Under the pieces are notes generated by a model. That model saw only the letters and a program-made list of their open reading frames with translations. It had not been told where the DNA came from and did no database searches. A DNA stretch of 64,000 nt from Bacteroides xylanisolvens (GTDB lineage: Bacteria; Bacteroidota; Bacteroidia; Bacteroidales; Bacteroidaceae), in assembly GCA_046986985.1 (NCBI GenBank), contig JBKVKY010000012.1:89368-153367 (forward strand). The letters are read 5' to 3'. A program made the translations under genes and the position numbers. Positions 63,411 through 64,000 of the stretch are shown here, piece after piece (position 1 is the first letter of the stretch; every line of letters begins with the position of its first letter).

Positions 63411-64000
63411 ATGCCGAAGAATTTTGAAATAAAAAATAGTACAGCCGAGTTCCTCATGTTCGTGATGGAAGGTAAAGAAAACGGTGTACAAGTGACGTAT
63501 AAAGACGAAACAATTTGGTGCACGCAGAAGGCAATGGCTACACTGTTTGATGTAGGTGTTCCTGCCATCAGTAAACACTTGAAGAATATCTTCGATACAG
63601 GTGAACTCTCAGAAAAATCAGTTATTTCCATTTTGGAAACAACTGCCGCAGATGGCAAATCCTATAAAACTTCTTTCTATTCGCTCGATGCGATTATTTC
63701 TGTTGGTTACCGTGTGAATTCCGTCCGTGCCACTCAATTCCGCCAATGGGCAACCTACATATTGCGGCAATTTGCCATACGTGGTTATGTTATTGATAAA
63801 AAGCGAATGGAAAATGGTTCATTCATTGGTGAAGACTATTTCGAACATTTGCTTGCCGAAATCAGGGAGATAAGACTTAGTGAACGTCGTTTCTATCAGA
63901 AGTTGACCGATATATACGCCACAGCCATCGATTACAATAAGGATGCACCAACTACTCGTCTATTTTTTAAGAAAGTGCAAAACAAAATGCACTTTGCCGT
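63411..64000 (+). CDS. RhuM-family protein, truncated by the window end
   Basis: Manual translation MPKNFEIKNSTAEFL...TIWCTQKAMATLF...ISKHLKNIF...IISVGYRVNS.RATQFRQWAT...IREIRLSERRFYQK; no stop before 64000. Confidence 0.88.
   Translation, partial: MPKNFEIKNSTAEFLMFVMEGKENGVQVTYKDETIWCTQKAMATLFDVGVPAISKHLKNIFDTGELSEKSVISILETTAADGKSYKTSFYSLDAIISVGYRVNSVRATQFRQWATYILRQFAIRGYVIDKKRMENGSFIGEDYFEHLLAEIREIRLSERRFYQKLTDIYATAIDYNKDAPTTRLFFKKVQNKMHFA

Noticed and set aside
55165..64000. Calling the HU-vapE-R-M region a prophage or ICE
   Set aside because: No integrase, structural, relaxase or conjugation genes and no att sites are visible; the right boundary lies outside the window.

Overview
Chromosomal window from a gut Bacteroidaceae member, Phocaeicola/Bacteroides-like as judged by gene content and TAnnTTTG -7 promoter boxes. 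Most of it is housekeeping or ordinary cargo: dnaK, recA, clpB, coaE-yajC-nusB, rplY-pth, gcvT, pepT, a purF-like gene, a GH97, crcB, eno, tRNA-Thr and a probable SRP RNA. The accessory content is: (i) an ECF sigma/FecR locus flanked by two paralogous secreted proteins with no TonB barrel; (ii) an intact IS982-family element inserted between a promoter and the carboxyspermidine-dehydrogenase-like/bcp/recA genes; (iii) two related modules, each built on an HU + winged-helix gene with 21-22 bp tandem arrays in its leader and an iteron-like motif cluster followed by nuclease/defence cargo. That cargo is an AAA/PD-(D/E)XK gene in one module, and in the other a VapE helicase gene followed by a type I R-M locus with a PrrC-like anticodon nuclease and RhuM, truncated by the window end. 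Non-coding signals include sigma54-like promoters with a shared upstream motif at dnaK and clpB, a candidate leader/arrest-peptide ORF ahead of dedA, and several palindromic MITE/REP-like elements. No CRISPR array or rRNA was seen. All family calls come from motif recognition by eye, not database searches.
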